DNA of 64,000 bases from a phage: the sequence record OZ346187.1, one strand, 5' to 3'. Below the pieces are notes generated by a model. That model saw nothing but the letters and a program-made list of their open reading frames with translations. It was not told the DNA's origin and did no database searches. How positions within the stretch are numbered: position 1 is the first letter of the stretch; the number at the start of each line of letters is the position of its first letter. Below are positions 48,088-57,274 of this stretch, piece by piece. A program made the translations under genes and the position numbers.

Positions 48088-49226
48088 CAGATTGCTCCAA
48101 CATTTCTAAGAACGTTAACAAGTTTTGTCTGGTCATTAAATGTCCGCTTCATATACAAACAGTCAAAAATTATACTCATCCATTGACCTACGGAAATTCT
48201 ACGATCAATACCATTGAAGTCAGTATACTTAACAACACCTTTCGGGAACCACTTCTTGTACTGATCAATAATAGCCACCCACATCTCCTTTGGAGTGCTG
48301 CACTGAGACAGTAGGTAGAATGCTGAGGCATCCCCGAACTTACCCTTACCGATAAGTCCTTGATACGGCTTGATGTTGTCAGCAGAGTCACCACACAGCA
48401 TTTGGTATCCGAAGAACAGCATCCCGTAACCGCCAACCTCTCCATTAGGCTTCATGAAGATGTTCCCCATACCGTTATCGATCAGCATAGGGGTTTCCCT
48501 TACAAAATCTCCCTTATCGTTTCGCATGGGATCGAACACAAGCCCCGGTAGTGTTCTTTGGTCCTTATCAATAGAGATAATAAACTTGTTGAACTTACCT
48601 GTTTTTTGGTAGTGGTTCCAACCTTCAAATTGCTGGATAGCTAACCAGTCGTCAGCCTCGATACCGTTGATCACTTGAGCATTATACTGCTTTTGGAGAT
48701 ACTGTCTTGCATCTCCAAGCAGCAGTGGTCTAAGAGTATTGTTACGGTTGGCTTTATATCTTTCCGGCATGGGAAGATCTAGTCTGAAATTACCTGTGCC
48801 TCCAAGTACCCCCACGCACCGATCTTCCGGAATACCGAGATAATTAAGGACTGCATTAGCTTTACACTTAATTGTGTGCAAGCAGTTCTCTACAGGATCA
48901 GGGGTTTGGATATCCAAGACATCGAAATCTTCTCGTGTCCACGGAATAAACTCCTTGCCAGCCTTTTTACATGCAGCTTCACGGTTGGTATTCTCAGCTT
49001 TTAACCAACCACCAACGGTGTTCTTCTGCCGCCCCCAGAACTCTGTTCGTGTTTTAAACATCTTCTTACGTCCGGAGGCTTTGTGTGTTACCTCAATTGT
49101 CCTTTTTTCACAACTTGCTGCAGCTTGATATGCAACCTGATCGAAGTCATAATAAACTATAGCGTCAGGTTCAAGAAGATCAGCTAGACAATCTATGGAC
49201 TCAATAAGTGGATATTCTCTACTCAA
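48087..49226 (-). CDS. 5'-3' exonuclease / flap endonuclease
   Basis: NGIEADDWLA matches the FEN/5'-nuclease GxEADD motif. Confidence 0.65.
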   Translation of the reverse strand: MSREYPLIESIDCLADLLEPDAIVYYDFDQVAYQAAASCEKRTIEVTHKASGRKKMFKTRTEFWGRQKNTVGGWLKAENTNREAACKKAGKEFIPWTREDFDVLDIQTPDPVENCLHTIKCKANAVLNYLGIPEDRCVGVLGGTGNFRLDLPMPERYKANRNNTLRPLLLGDARQYLQKQYNAQVINGIEADDWLAIQQFEGWNHYQKTGKFNKFIISIDKDQRTLPGLVFDPMRNDKGDFVRETPMLIDNGMGNIFMKPNGEVGGYGMLFFGYQMLCGDSADNIKPYQGLIGKGKFGDASAFYLLSQCSTPKEMWVAIIDQYKKWFPKGVVKYTDFNGIDRRISVGQWMSIIFDCLYMKRTFNDQTKLVNVLRNVGAI

Positions 49227-49527
49227 AGACCCTCCTGTTAGTTATTCTGCAAGATGGTTGGATGCTGTAATGAAATGCATCATCACTCTCTGCAATAAGT
49301 GACTCAACATCCCAATACTTTTCAAAAAGGAACGGATTAGACCCCCAGTGGTGGGTTATTTTCATCAATGAGTCTGGTAGCAGATAGCCACAGATCTTAA
49401 TTACATCACCAGGTTGAATTGTGTTTTCATAGAGGTTGCTTTCCTTCTTCAGAATAATACCTTTATGATTCTCGTTTGCATACAACTGGACAATATCTTT
49501 ATCTTCAACAATAAAAATTTTAAGCAT
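49219..49527 (-). CDS. hypothetical protein
   Basis: ORF-track ORF. Confidence 0.45.
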   Translation of the reverse strand: MLKIFIVEDKDIVQLYANENHKGIILKKESNLYENTIQPGDVIKICGYLLPDSLMKITHHWGSNPFLFEKYWDVESLIAESDDAFHYSIQPSCRITNRRVFE

Positions 49528-49560
49528 GTCTAGTTCTCCTAGTTTATAAATATCTGACTG

Positions 49561-49590
49561 ATAATATCAGATTAATAACACTTTTGTCAA
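49561..49590 (-). promoter_or_regulatory. sigma70-like promoter on minus strand (TTGACA-18-TATTAT) with palindrome CTGATATTATCAG over the -10
   Basis: Reverse complement gives consensus -35; -10 sits inside a 13-bp palindrome. Confidence 0.5.
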
Positions 49591-49883
49591 GACTTTTTAG
49601 TCTTTCTTGGAGAGCTTTTTGTTGATCTTTTCCTTTTGTGGTAGATTCCAAGTGCAGCGTTTTCTTGGGCGCACGTTTTAACAGTTCTCAGAGAAGAACT
49701 TTCAGCTTTAGGCAGGTTTAACTCCCACCAACCGAGCCAGTAAAGTTCTGATTCCGACAGCTGCTCAGATTCAGCCTTCCGATACAATGATTGCATACCT
49801 CTAATGATGTCGTCCAGAGGTGTATCGAATACAAAAGCTGTCTTATCAAATTTCTCTTTTACAGGTTTCTTAGCCATGCTCAC
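49587..49883 (-). CDS. hypothetical basic protein
   Basis: ORF-track ORF; Lys/Arg-rich C-terminus. Confidence 0.45.
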   Translation of the reverse strand: MSMAKKPVKEKFDKTAFVFDTPLDDIIRGMQSLYRKAESEQLSESELYWLGWWELNLPKAESSSLRTVKTCAQENAALGIYHKRKRSTKSSPRKTKKS

Positions 49884-50754
49884 CTCTCACACAATCATCC
49901 ACTGACTTCATAAACTCTTGCACCCAAAGTGCCCCTATTTGAGGAACTATGGCGTTACCGAAGCCTTTGTGGCGAGACAATCCCATTGGGGTGGATAGCC
50001 CATCAACCAACAAGGGAATGCCGGGTTCAGGAAGTTTACGCCATTTTCCGTCTCGGCATAGATACTGTCTTGTATGCTCCCACACCCGTAATACATCCTC
50101 ACCTGCTCCCACAGATTCCCAGGACTTAATGACTTCCTGCCAGTTGCTAAGCGTTGTTGCTTGCGCCTTTCCATCGCTTCCTGAGATCTGCACCCTACCT
50201 GAGTTACCGTAGGGGTTAACCACGTTGCTAACTGCCCCGAAGTAAAGTCGTTCGCGGCGGTGCGGGGCGTTGAGGATTGCAGCATTAAGTATGGAAGCCC
50301 CGAAGCTGTAACCAGCGTTTTCCATTTCATTCTGCATATCGTCGAGCCATCCGGATTCAATCGCTTTTGCAACCTGCTCTCCAAACATGAACTCAGGTTT
50401 AAGCTGTTTAACGAGCCGGAGGTATGTTGGTGCAAGATGTCTTGGGTCAAATTTTCCACGTTGCTTACCTGCTTGAGAGAAAGGTTGGCAGCACGGAGAT
50501 CCTGTGCATACCGACCAAGTTTCTGGAATGCCAGCAAGTTTCAAGGCCAAAGGCCATCCACCTATACCAGCGAAGAAGTGCCACTGTGTGAAACCTCTAA
50601 GATCTTCTACAGTAACCTCTGTAATAGAACGATCATCCACCTCGCCTTGAGGAAGTAGTCCTAAAGATATTAGATTCTTCAACCAAGCAACTGCATCTTT
50701 ATCATTGTCATTGTAGTATACCACACTTAATTCTCCAAATACTGATGTATCCAA
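49870..50754 (-). CDS. dcm: DNA C5-cytosine methyltransferase
   Basis: Motif I HFFAGIGG, motif IV GSPCCQPFSQAG, ENV-like FGEQV, RRER, motif X GNAIVPQ. Confidence 0.8.
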   Translation of the reverse strand: MDTSVFGELSVVYYNDNDKDAVAWLKNLISLGLLPQGEVDDRSITEVTVEDLRGFTQWHFFAGIGGWPLALKLAGIPETWSVCTGSPCCQPFSQAGKQRGKFDPRHLAPTYLRLVKQLKPEFMFGEQVAKAIESGWLDDMQNEMENAGYSFGASILNAAILNAPHRRERLYFGAVSNVVNPYGNSGRVQISGSDGKAQATTLSNWQEVIKSWESVGAGEDVLRVWEHTRQYLCRDGKWRKLPEPGIPLLVDGLSTPMGLSRHKGFGNAIVPQIGALWVQEFMKSVDDCVRGEHG

Positions 50755-51242
50755 GAAAAGTCAGTCTTCCATTCCGGAACCTTGCTAAGCTCCCGCCACT
50801 CTGCAAAGCAGTCTCGATAATAAGCCTCTGCCATGCCCTTGGTGATCTTATTCACCTTAGCCAACTGATTAACTGCCTGAGCATACTTTCCACGGATATT
50901 TGCTAACCCAGGGTGCACCGATGTGTGACAATCCGGGCACAACGCTATCAGTCCGACAAGACGGATCACTCCATCTTCGAAAGTGTAAAGTTCATGACAC
51001 TCCACTGGGTGTTTGCTGCCCTTACCGCCGCACACCTCACAAGTGTAGTTGGCTTCTCTGTAGCACTTCTTACGGATCTTATCCCACTCACTCTTCTTCA
51101 CAGCGTTTCGGAGGTTATTATACCAAGCTGTTTCTGGGATCAGTTGCACAATAAGCCTGCGTTCAGACTTCATTAAACGTCCGTCTTCCACGTGTTCTCC
51201 CTCATTCAAAGAAATGGGTGCGAGGGCAGGAACCTGCCTCAC
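50727..51242 (-). CDS. putative HNH endonuclease (free-standing)
   Basis: CEVCGG...HPVECHEL...CPDCH zinc-finger/HNH-like pattern. Confidence 0.5.
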   Translation of the reverse strand: MRQVPALAPISLNEGEHVEDGRLMKSERRLIVQLIPETAWYNNLRNAVKKSEWDKIRKKCYREANYTCEVCGGKGSKHPVECHELYTFEDGVIRLVGLIALCPDCHTSVHPGLANIRGKYAQAVNQLAKVNKITKGMAEAYYRDCFAEWRELSKVPEWKTDFSWIHQYLEN

Positions 51243-51408
51243 CTTGTTTCACAAGCTCGTAGAGCTCACCTTGGCCTGTCTCATAAAGGCAAATACGTTT
51301 ACCATTGTCCCGATATACATCGACAAGATACGCTGTTTCACCTGCAAACACGACACCACAGGCCAGACATGCTGTCATGAACAAAATTGCCAACAGAAAA
51401 TCTTTCAT
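51202..51408 (-). CDS. putative small lipoprotein
   Basis: Signal peptide with lipobox-like LAILFMTACLACG. Confidence 0.4.
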   Translation of the reverse strand: MKDFLLAILFMTACLACGVVFAGETAYLVDVYRDNGKRICLYETGQGELYELVKQGEAGSCPRTHFFE

Positions 51409-51471
51409 GGTTAAACCCTCCTAAACATTTTATGAGGTAACAATACCACGTCCGTGTGGTTATGTCAATGA

Positions 51472-51942
51472 TCAATCCAGGACAACGCCACCTGCTTTTT
51501 TAAACACATCGATCAACTTCTCGATCTTCTGTTCATGCTGACCATATCCAGCACCAGGTAGCGAAGCCCAGCGGGAACGGCATTTGTGGATAGCTTCGTG
51601 GATACGCCCTTCGTCAATGTCAGCGAGAGCCTTGCACTCACGGATCAGTTGCAACGCAATCTTGTCCTGACTGGCAGGGCCAAAATCTGGTAATCCTAGC
51701 TGCTTCATATAGTGTTTAGCGAACTTCTCCAAAACCTGGTAACGCCCAGCAGCGGAGGAGGTAAGTTTAGCATTTAGCTTAACGTAAACACCGGGATGCT
51801 TGCTGTAATCGCTGAACAGCTTGCCACCGACTATGACATCGTATCCACGATCCTTGGTAGGTTGTCTACCATTATCTGTGCCTTCCGAATATGCGATCAT
51901 ATCCAAGAAAGCTTTTCGTTGAACATTTTTATCAAGTTTCAT
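51472..51942 (-). CDS. endolysin, lambda R-like lytic transglycosylase
   Basis: QRKAFLDMIAYSEGTDNGRQPTKDRGYDVIVGG...WASLPGAGYGQ is near-collinear with lambda R. Confidence 0.85.
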   Translation of the reverse strand: MKLDKNVQRKAFLDMIAYSEGTDNGRQPTKDRGYDVIVGGKLFSDYSKHPGVYVKLNAKLTSSAAGRYQVLEKFAKHYMKQLGLPDFGPASQDKIALQLIRECKALADIDEGRIHEAIHKCRSRWASLPGAGYGQHEQKIEKLIDVFKKAGGVVLD

Positions 51943-52066
51943 TTTTCATACTCTCCAGTTTACTCATAACTAACCCGATCAACAACACTGCATAGTGTGG
52001 TTATGTAGGTGCCAATTGAAAAACCATCATTCAATTGACTACCGTTGCCTACTAAACCTTCCTACA

Positions 52067-53350
52067 TCATTCCAGCACCTCCCAAGTGTCTGGGTTAACA
52101 TTCCGGACGCAGATACCGACAGGGAATTGGTAGTTGTTGTCTTCTGTCCTTGCTTGATATTTGAAGGTGACAAACTTGCCGATCATTTCCTGCATTCTGT
52201 CATAGCTACGCTCCTCGTGCGTACCTTTCATCTTCATTTTAACAACAACACCTTCCTTGTCAACACAGATAAGAACACCTTCATCATTCTTATCTTTCTC
52301 AACGTCAATAACTTTCACCTCTGCGTCGTTGAACTTTTTCCATTTCAATGCTTCAGATGTTCGCTGACCATACTCATATTTACCGCAGAAATTACGCATG
52401 ATAGTACCTTCATATCCTTCGGACATGAATATACCAACAGATTCTTCGCAATGATCAACTGTGTACGCAAGCTCTGCGTCAACAACCTTGATATGATCAA
52501 GCATCAGAGTGGTAACGGTATCCTCTGCATCCATAAGATCCTTGCAGCGTCCAGACTCTGTTTCTGGATCCCACCACACCTTGTCGCTAGGAATATCAAA
52601 AATGTGATACTCCAGATCGTAGCTACAGTATCCACCGTAACGCAAATCATCACGAACAGGCTCAACATCGACAGGAATATCTACCTTGTTGAAGTTTTTG
52701 TATGTTGATAAGCCTGCCTTAATTGCTGCATGACGGCGTTTTTTATCTGCCTCATAGTCTTTATCGATCTCGGCCTGAATCTCTTCCTGTGTGCGCCACC
52801 GTTTAGCAAGAGACACTATTTTCTGCAAAGGAAGACCATGAATGTATAGTTCCCCATCAAGTTGTTTAATCCCAGTGGTAGAATGGAAAGAACGAAGTTG
52901 CTCTAAAAGCTTTCCTTGAATAGGGTAGGACTTATTACCACGGGAAATAAATTTAGGCTCACCATTTTGGAAAACAACAAGCAGACGAAGGCCATCTAAC
53001 TTACGCAAGATCCAGCAAGGTAATTTAAGTGCCTTGCCACGCTTCAGGTAGTCATGCACCAGCATAGGTAAAAGATCAACACCCTGCTCGCAATCTTCCA
53101 TGTTTTCAACATACCCCAGACGGACTTGTTTTTCCCACTTGCTGATAGCCTCAAGCTCGGCCTGTTGCTCAGCTGTAGTCTCGTTGGCACGACCTACGTT
53201 TTTAGGTGTGCATACCGTCTCTTTGTACTGCAATTTACCGTCAAGCTTGCCAAACTCTACGATAACCTTTTCGCCATCAGTGAATACTTTCCACTGTTGG
53301 TAGCTGCCATCTTTGTTCAGTGCGTACAGTGTTGTTTTGATTTGATGCAT
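52067..53350 (-). CDS. ATP-dependent DNA ligase
   Basis: Adenylation motif I RKLDGLR (KxDGxR). Confidence 0.7.
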   Translation of the reverse strand: MHQIKTTLYALNKDGSYQQWKVFTDGEKVIVEFGKLDGKLQYKETVCTPKNVGRANETTAEQQAELEAISKWEKQVRLGYVENMEDCEQGVDLLPMLVHDYLKRGKALKLPCWILRKLDGLRLLVVFQNGEPKFISRGNKSYPIQGKLLEQLRSFHSTTGIKQLDGELYIHGLPLQKIVSLAKRWRTQEEIQAEIDKDYEADKKRRHAAIKAGLSTYKNFNKVDIPVDVEPVRDDLRYGGYCSYDLEYHIFDIPSDKVWWDPETESGRCKDLMDAEDTVTTLMLDHIKVVDAELAYTVDHCEESVGIFMSEGYEGTIMRNFCGKYEYGQRTSEALKWKKFNDAEVKVIDVEKDKNDEGVLICVDKEGVVVKMKMKGTHEERSYDRMQEMIGKFVTFKYQARTEDNNYQFPVGICVRNVNPDTWEVLE

Positions 53351-53619
53351 TACTCGGCCTCTTCCTTAAAAATTTTAAACATCTCTTCTTTACTCATTAC
53401 CAACCAGTCTCCCATAAAGTCAACTAACCAATCTCCCTGGTACAAAACCAAGTTGCCAAACGGCTCAACAAGCTCACACATGCGACGAATATCTCTGGTC
53501 CGAACAGGTGACGATGTAAACACACCTGTATCAATCCACCGTTGCAGATCAGATACTGATGAAGAGCTTCCATCAAACTGGTGTGCTTCTACAGGTTTAG
53601 CAAGATTAAATAACGGCAT
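53350..53619 (-). CDS. hypothetical protein
   Basis: ORF-track ORF. Confidence 0.4.
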   Translation of the reverse strand: MPLFNLAKPVEAHQFDGSSSSVSDLQRWIDTGVFTSSPVRTRDIRRMCELVEPFGNLVLYQGDWLVDFMGDWLVMSKEEMFKIFKEEAE

Positions 53620-53914
53620 TGCAGTCCTCCTTCTGTAGTAGGTCTTTTATAGGATAAACAAGTAAGTGTGGATCGGAATAACGTATAGTCCTATTCTGCC
53701 ATACTATGAACTTTATTACAACCAAATTTACAATATCTTTATCACCATGTAGCCCAACACACACATTTGTCCATATTTTGTGGTTGAAGATCTTGCTATC
53801 GATGTAGATTTTAGTGTCAAACTTATCTTCCATTCTACCTATAAGTTTGATCAGCTCCTTCATCTGGTCGCCAAACACAGCATCTTTTTCAAGATCTCTG
53901 GAATGCTTGTACAT
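53606..53914 (-). CDS. hypothetical protein
   Basis: ORF-track ORF. Confidence 0.4.
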   Translation of the reverse strand: MYKHSRDLEKDAVFGDQMKELIKLIGRMEDKFDTKIYIDSKIFNHKIWTNVCVGLHGDKDIVNLVVIKFIVWQNRTIRYSDPHLLVYPIKDLLQKEDCNAVI

Positions 53915-53976
53915 AACTAACTACCTCACTGCATACTTTCCATAATAAGTAAAGCCGGGTAATCCCGGCTATGTTG

Positions 53977-54690
53977 TTAAATATACTCTGTTACATCCTT
54001 GAAGCTCGAAGGCTTCATAATCTTACCTTTACTGTCAAGGAATATAATAGCTTTATTACCGTTGTAGAACTCCTCTTTAGCAACGAAACCTTCGTAGCGA
54101 CCACCAAAACGACGCTCAAGATCTTCAATCTCTAACTCTATGAGCAATTCAGTAGACATATCTGCACTGGCACCGTGAGAATATCGTAGATGGTTGATCC
54201 GTGCAAACTTGCTGTCATTAGATTTGAGAACCTTCCGCATCATCCCACACACATCGCCGCGAAGCTGGAACAGCAAAGCTGTTGACAACTCCGCTAAGCG
54301 GTAAGCTGACGCTCTTTGCTTGGATGTGTTTTTCGCAGCGATCAGTGTATCATAGAACTCACCGATCTTGAACTTAAGACCTCGTGGATTATCAAACAGG
54401 TTTGACCACTTTTCGTGATTATCATTAACAAGATAAGCGGCATAACTTGTGACAACGTGAAGATCGCAGGCCTCTTTTAGCAGGTGATCTCCACCATCAC
54501 CTTTCTCCAGCTCTTCCAAAACCTCATTGAACTCTTCCTCAATGAAGCTAAGCTGTAATTCGAATGGTGTGTATGATTTTTTCACTTTAGCTGCCACACG
54601 GTTCCAGTTTTCCACCCAGTTGGCAGACCAAAGGTAGTTTTCAGGCTGAGACAGTTTTTCCAGGTTGTCGATCAGTTTAGTATTCAGCAT
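53977..54690 (-). CDS. hypothetical protein, possibly MazG-like NTP pyrophosphohydrolase
   Basis: Acidic helix FIEEEFNEVLEELEKGD...KEACDL resembles the MazG EExxE...D motif; weak. Confidence 0.35.
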   Translation of the reverse strand: MLNTKLIDNLEKLSQPENYLWSANWVENWNRVAAKVKKSYTPFELQLSFIEEEFNEVLEELEKGDGGDHLLKEACDLHVVTSYAAYLVNDNHEKWSNLFDNPRGLKFKIGEFYDTLIAAKNTSKQRASAYRLAELSTALLFQLRGDVCGMMRKVLKSNDSKFARINHLRYSHGASADMSTELLIELEIEDLERRFGGRYEGFVAKEEFYNGNKAIIFLDSKGKIMKPSSFKDVTEYI

Positions 54691-54703
54691 TGAAGGTCTC
54701 CTT

Positions 54704-55465
54704 TTAAAGTTCCATAAAGTTTTCTACAGTTTCAATAAATGCTTTATCAGAGAAAGCGTCAACAGCACCGTTAAACCATACAGGGATCCCGCGATCCTCA
54801 TATTGATAAAGGTCGCTACGTGAAATGCCACTTCCATCTGCACTCTGCGAGTCATACTTGTTTACAATCAGCAGTTTTGTGCCTTTACAAGTAGCAGGAA
54901 ACAATTCCCAGTTAAAATTAATAACTGTGTTAGAACAACCTACTAGGATCACCATATCATTGCTTGTGAGAGATGTCAACAGGTCATACATGTCTGTATA
55001 CTTAGGAGCAACCTCACCGAAGAACACTACATTGGGCTTAACCCAGGTATACTTGCCTGTATCTACCTCCGTGTATCCGATATTTTTAATTACATCATTA
55101 CCTTCAGCATCTTCGTAGGTGATTTCAGGCAAATACCCGTGGACATGTAAAATATCTTCATGTTTTACACCAGCACGCTCCAGCAAATCATCTACATTGG
55201 TGGTAAGGTTGATCACACGACCAGACCAGCGGGAATACCACTCAGCGATCCGAAGATGTGCAAGGTTAGGATCAACACTGCCCAGAGCTACACGACGTGC
55301 ATTGTAAAAGTCATGCACCTTATAGTAATTCTTGGCAAAGGTGTGAATGTTGCACACCTCATCGATGCTGAAATTCTCCCACATTGCAGTGCTACCAGAT
55401 CGGAAAGTGGGAATACCAGATTCAGCGCTCAAACCAGCACCGGAGATAATAATCAGTCGTCGCAT
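54704..55465 (-). CDS. Sir2-family NAD-dependent protein (sirtuin-like)
   Basis: GAGLSAESGIPTFR matches the sirtuin NAD-binding motif; HG and VVFFGE downstream; no CxxC zinc module seen. Confidence 0.7.
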   Translation of the reverse strand: MRRLIIISGAGLSAESGIPTFRSGSTAMWENFSIDEVCNIHTFAKNYYKVHDFYNARRVALGSVDPNLAHLRIAEWYSRWSGRVINLTTNVDDLLERAGVKHEDILHVHGYLPEITYEDAEGNDVIKNIGYTEVDTGKYTWVKPNVVFFGEVAPKYTDMYDLLTSLTSNDMVILVGCSNTVINFNWELFPATCKGTKLLIVNKYDSQSADGSGISRSDLYQYEDRGIPVWFNGAVDAFSDKAFIETVENFMEL

Positions 55466-55473
55466 AAGTGTCC

Positions 55474-55824
55474 TCAGTAGATGTTTTGTTTAATCTCTAT
55501 TCCAAACTTCTTGAATGAGTCAGCAGCAAGCATAAATTTACGAGCTGCCGATGGATTAGAAGTATGCACGAAAATAATCACGTTGTCAATAAGTGGTGGC
55601 TTTCCGAATACAAGTTTCTCCTCTAGCGCAGAGAAGCAGTCGTACCCTTCAAGCACTTCACCTAGATCATTGTCAAAATACCACTCAGATACGCGTCTGT
55701 AGAGCTTTCTCTTATCATTAAGAAAATCCATAAACTCAGAAGAATTCTTTAGCCACAGAGCGTCTGGGAGTCCATAATCTGACGGATCTCTAAAATCATC
55801 AAGCCACACAATCCACTTCTTCAT
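55474..55824 (-). CDS. hypothetical protein
   Basis: ORF-track ORF. Confidence 0.45.
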   Translation of the reverse strand: MKKWIVWLDDFRDPSDYGLPDALWLKNSSEFMDFLNDKRKLYRRVSEWYFDNDLGEVLEGYDCFSALEEKLVFGKPPLIDNVIIFVHTSNPSAARKFMLAADSFKKFGIEIKQNIY

Positions 55825-56756
55825 TGCATATAGTCCTCGTTGTGGAAATAGTAGTCCAGTATCTCACGACGCTCCTGCTCTAATAAGCAATTCCACACAT
55901 CTTCTGTATAGTTGCTACGAATAAATTTTACCATACCGTAAAACTCTTCGTCAACACGTTTAAAGATATCATCATCCCAAATCTTCCAAGCTTTACCCCT
56001 CATTACTGCCTTCTGTGCCAGATAGTATGGAGACTTGATCTTCAGCTGCAGATCATAAGGGTAGTAAGGCTTACGAATCATATACCCTTCACCTCTTGTT
56101 TCTGCAGCTAATTCTTTTGCATAGCTGAACGGAATTTCACGCACAGTGTTAGGACGTTTTGCACCAAGGTATTTGGCAATCCCATCTAAAGCTGCTTCTG
56201 GTAGCATTATTCCAGAATCATTATATCTGCAACCTATCAAATATGCGCCATGGTCTTCTTGAACAATATGCGGATCTGAAGGGTGACAAATTTCAAACAT
56301 GAATGTCATGTTTTCATTGCCCATAACCTTCTTGATAAGATCTAAATTACCACATTGCTCTTGGATGGTTTCCTTTGCAAGGTTACAATATGGAGAATCA
56401 AGAGACCCGGTTGTTGAGAACAATAGGTCACCTTTATGAGATGATACCACACCAAGGAATCCGTTCTTTTTCTCTACCGCAGTCACAAGCTTATTGTCAG
56501 GCAGGTTGGTGGAGTTTTCTCCCAAGTTAAACACTTTTGTGAAGGGCCATGCCACAACATTTCCTTCATTACCTACAACAATGCCTCGGCACTCCAGTAA
56601 ACGAGGGGACAAATGCCATAAATTGTTGTAAAATACTTTTCTAGCATATTTATAGATCTTTAACCCGAGATCTGGGTAATACCTACTGGTTGCAAGACCT
56701 TTGTCAACTAGGTCGTCTGCATTAAAATACTTCATTATATGTTCCTCATTTGTCAT
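55821..56756 (-). CDS. putative RNA ligase (nucleotidyltransferase KxNG)
   Basis: VEKKNGFLG fits the ligase lysine motif K-x-(D/N)-G; a DNA ligase is encoded separately. Confidence 0.5.
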   Translation of the reverse strand: MTNEEHIMKYFNADDLVDKGLATSRYYPDLGLKIYKYARKVFYNNLWHLSPRLLECRGIVVGNEGNVVAWPFTKVFNLGENSTNLPDNKLVTAVEKKNGFLGVVSSHKGDLLFSTTGSLDSPYCNLAKETIQEQCGNLDLIKKVMGNENMTFMFEICHPSDPHIVQEDHGAYLIGCRYNDSGIMLPEAALDGIAKYLGAKRPNTVREIPFSYAKELAAETRGEGYMIRKPYYPYDLQLKIKSPYYLAQKAVMRGKAWKIWDDDIFKRVDEEFYGMVKFIRSNYTEDVWNCLLEQERREILDYYFHNEDYMQ

Positions 56757-56799
56757 TTTGTCAGTCTATCCTGCCACACAAATAACTTAGTGTCAACAC

Positions 56800-56828
56800 T
56801 TGAAATTAACAAAACAGTTAGGTATACT
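56800..56828 (+). promoter_or_regulatory. sigma70-like promoter TTGAAA-17-TATACT
   Basis: -35/-10 hexamers with 17-nt spacer ~29 nt upstream of the kinase ATG. Confidence 0.5.
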
Positions 56829-56856
56829 ACCGTTGAAATTAAAACGGAGGGTCGCT

Positions 56857-57267
56857 ATGTCTAAAATGCTATATATCGTGCGTGGTCTACCAGGGTCTGG
56901 CAAATCAACACTGGCAAATGCGCTATCTTTAGAGGGTCTGTATCCACATTTTGAGAACGACATGTTCTGGTATGACGATGACGGCAATTACAACTGGGAT
57001 GCAAGTAAAGTAACACTCGCAGCAAAATGGTGCAAAGATAACGTAGAAGATATGATGCGTATGGGATACGACCGTATCGTGGTAAGTAATACGTTTACAA
57101 AAGAAAAACATGTGCAGGAATATGTTGACATGGCAATCACTCATGGGTATAGTTATACCGTGATCGTGGTTGAAAACCGCCACGGCAATAAAAGCATTCA
57201 TGATGTTCCAGACAAGGTTGTGGATCGTATGGAACGCCAGCTTAAAAACTGCATTAAACTTAAATGA
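56857..57267 (+). CDS. P-loop polynucleotide kinase-like protein
   Basis: Walker A GLPGSGKST at residues 9-17; ORF-track start 56800 trimmed to ATG 56857 after GGAGGG RBS. Confidence 0.6.
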   Translation: MSKMLYIVRGLPGSGKSTLANALSLEGLYPHFENDMFWYDDDGNYNWDASKVTLAAKWCKDNVEDMMRMGYDRIVVSNTFTKEKHVQEYVDMAITHGYSYTVIVVENRHGNKSIHDVPDKVVDRMERQLKNCIKLK

Positions 57268-57274
57268 GGAATGT

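Noticed and set aside
51995-52708. Plus-strand ORF of 237 aa, and similar opposite-strand ORFs elsewhere (e.g. 2138-2833, 5346-5777, 30580-30870, 36174-36900)
   Set aside because: They lie antisense to well-supported genes (DNA ligase, primase-helicase, polymerase, ClpP-like, nrdD) and have no RBS or motifs.
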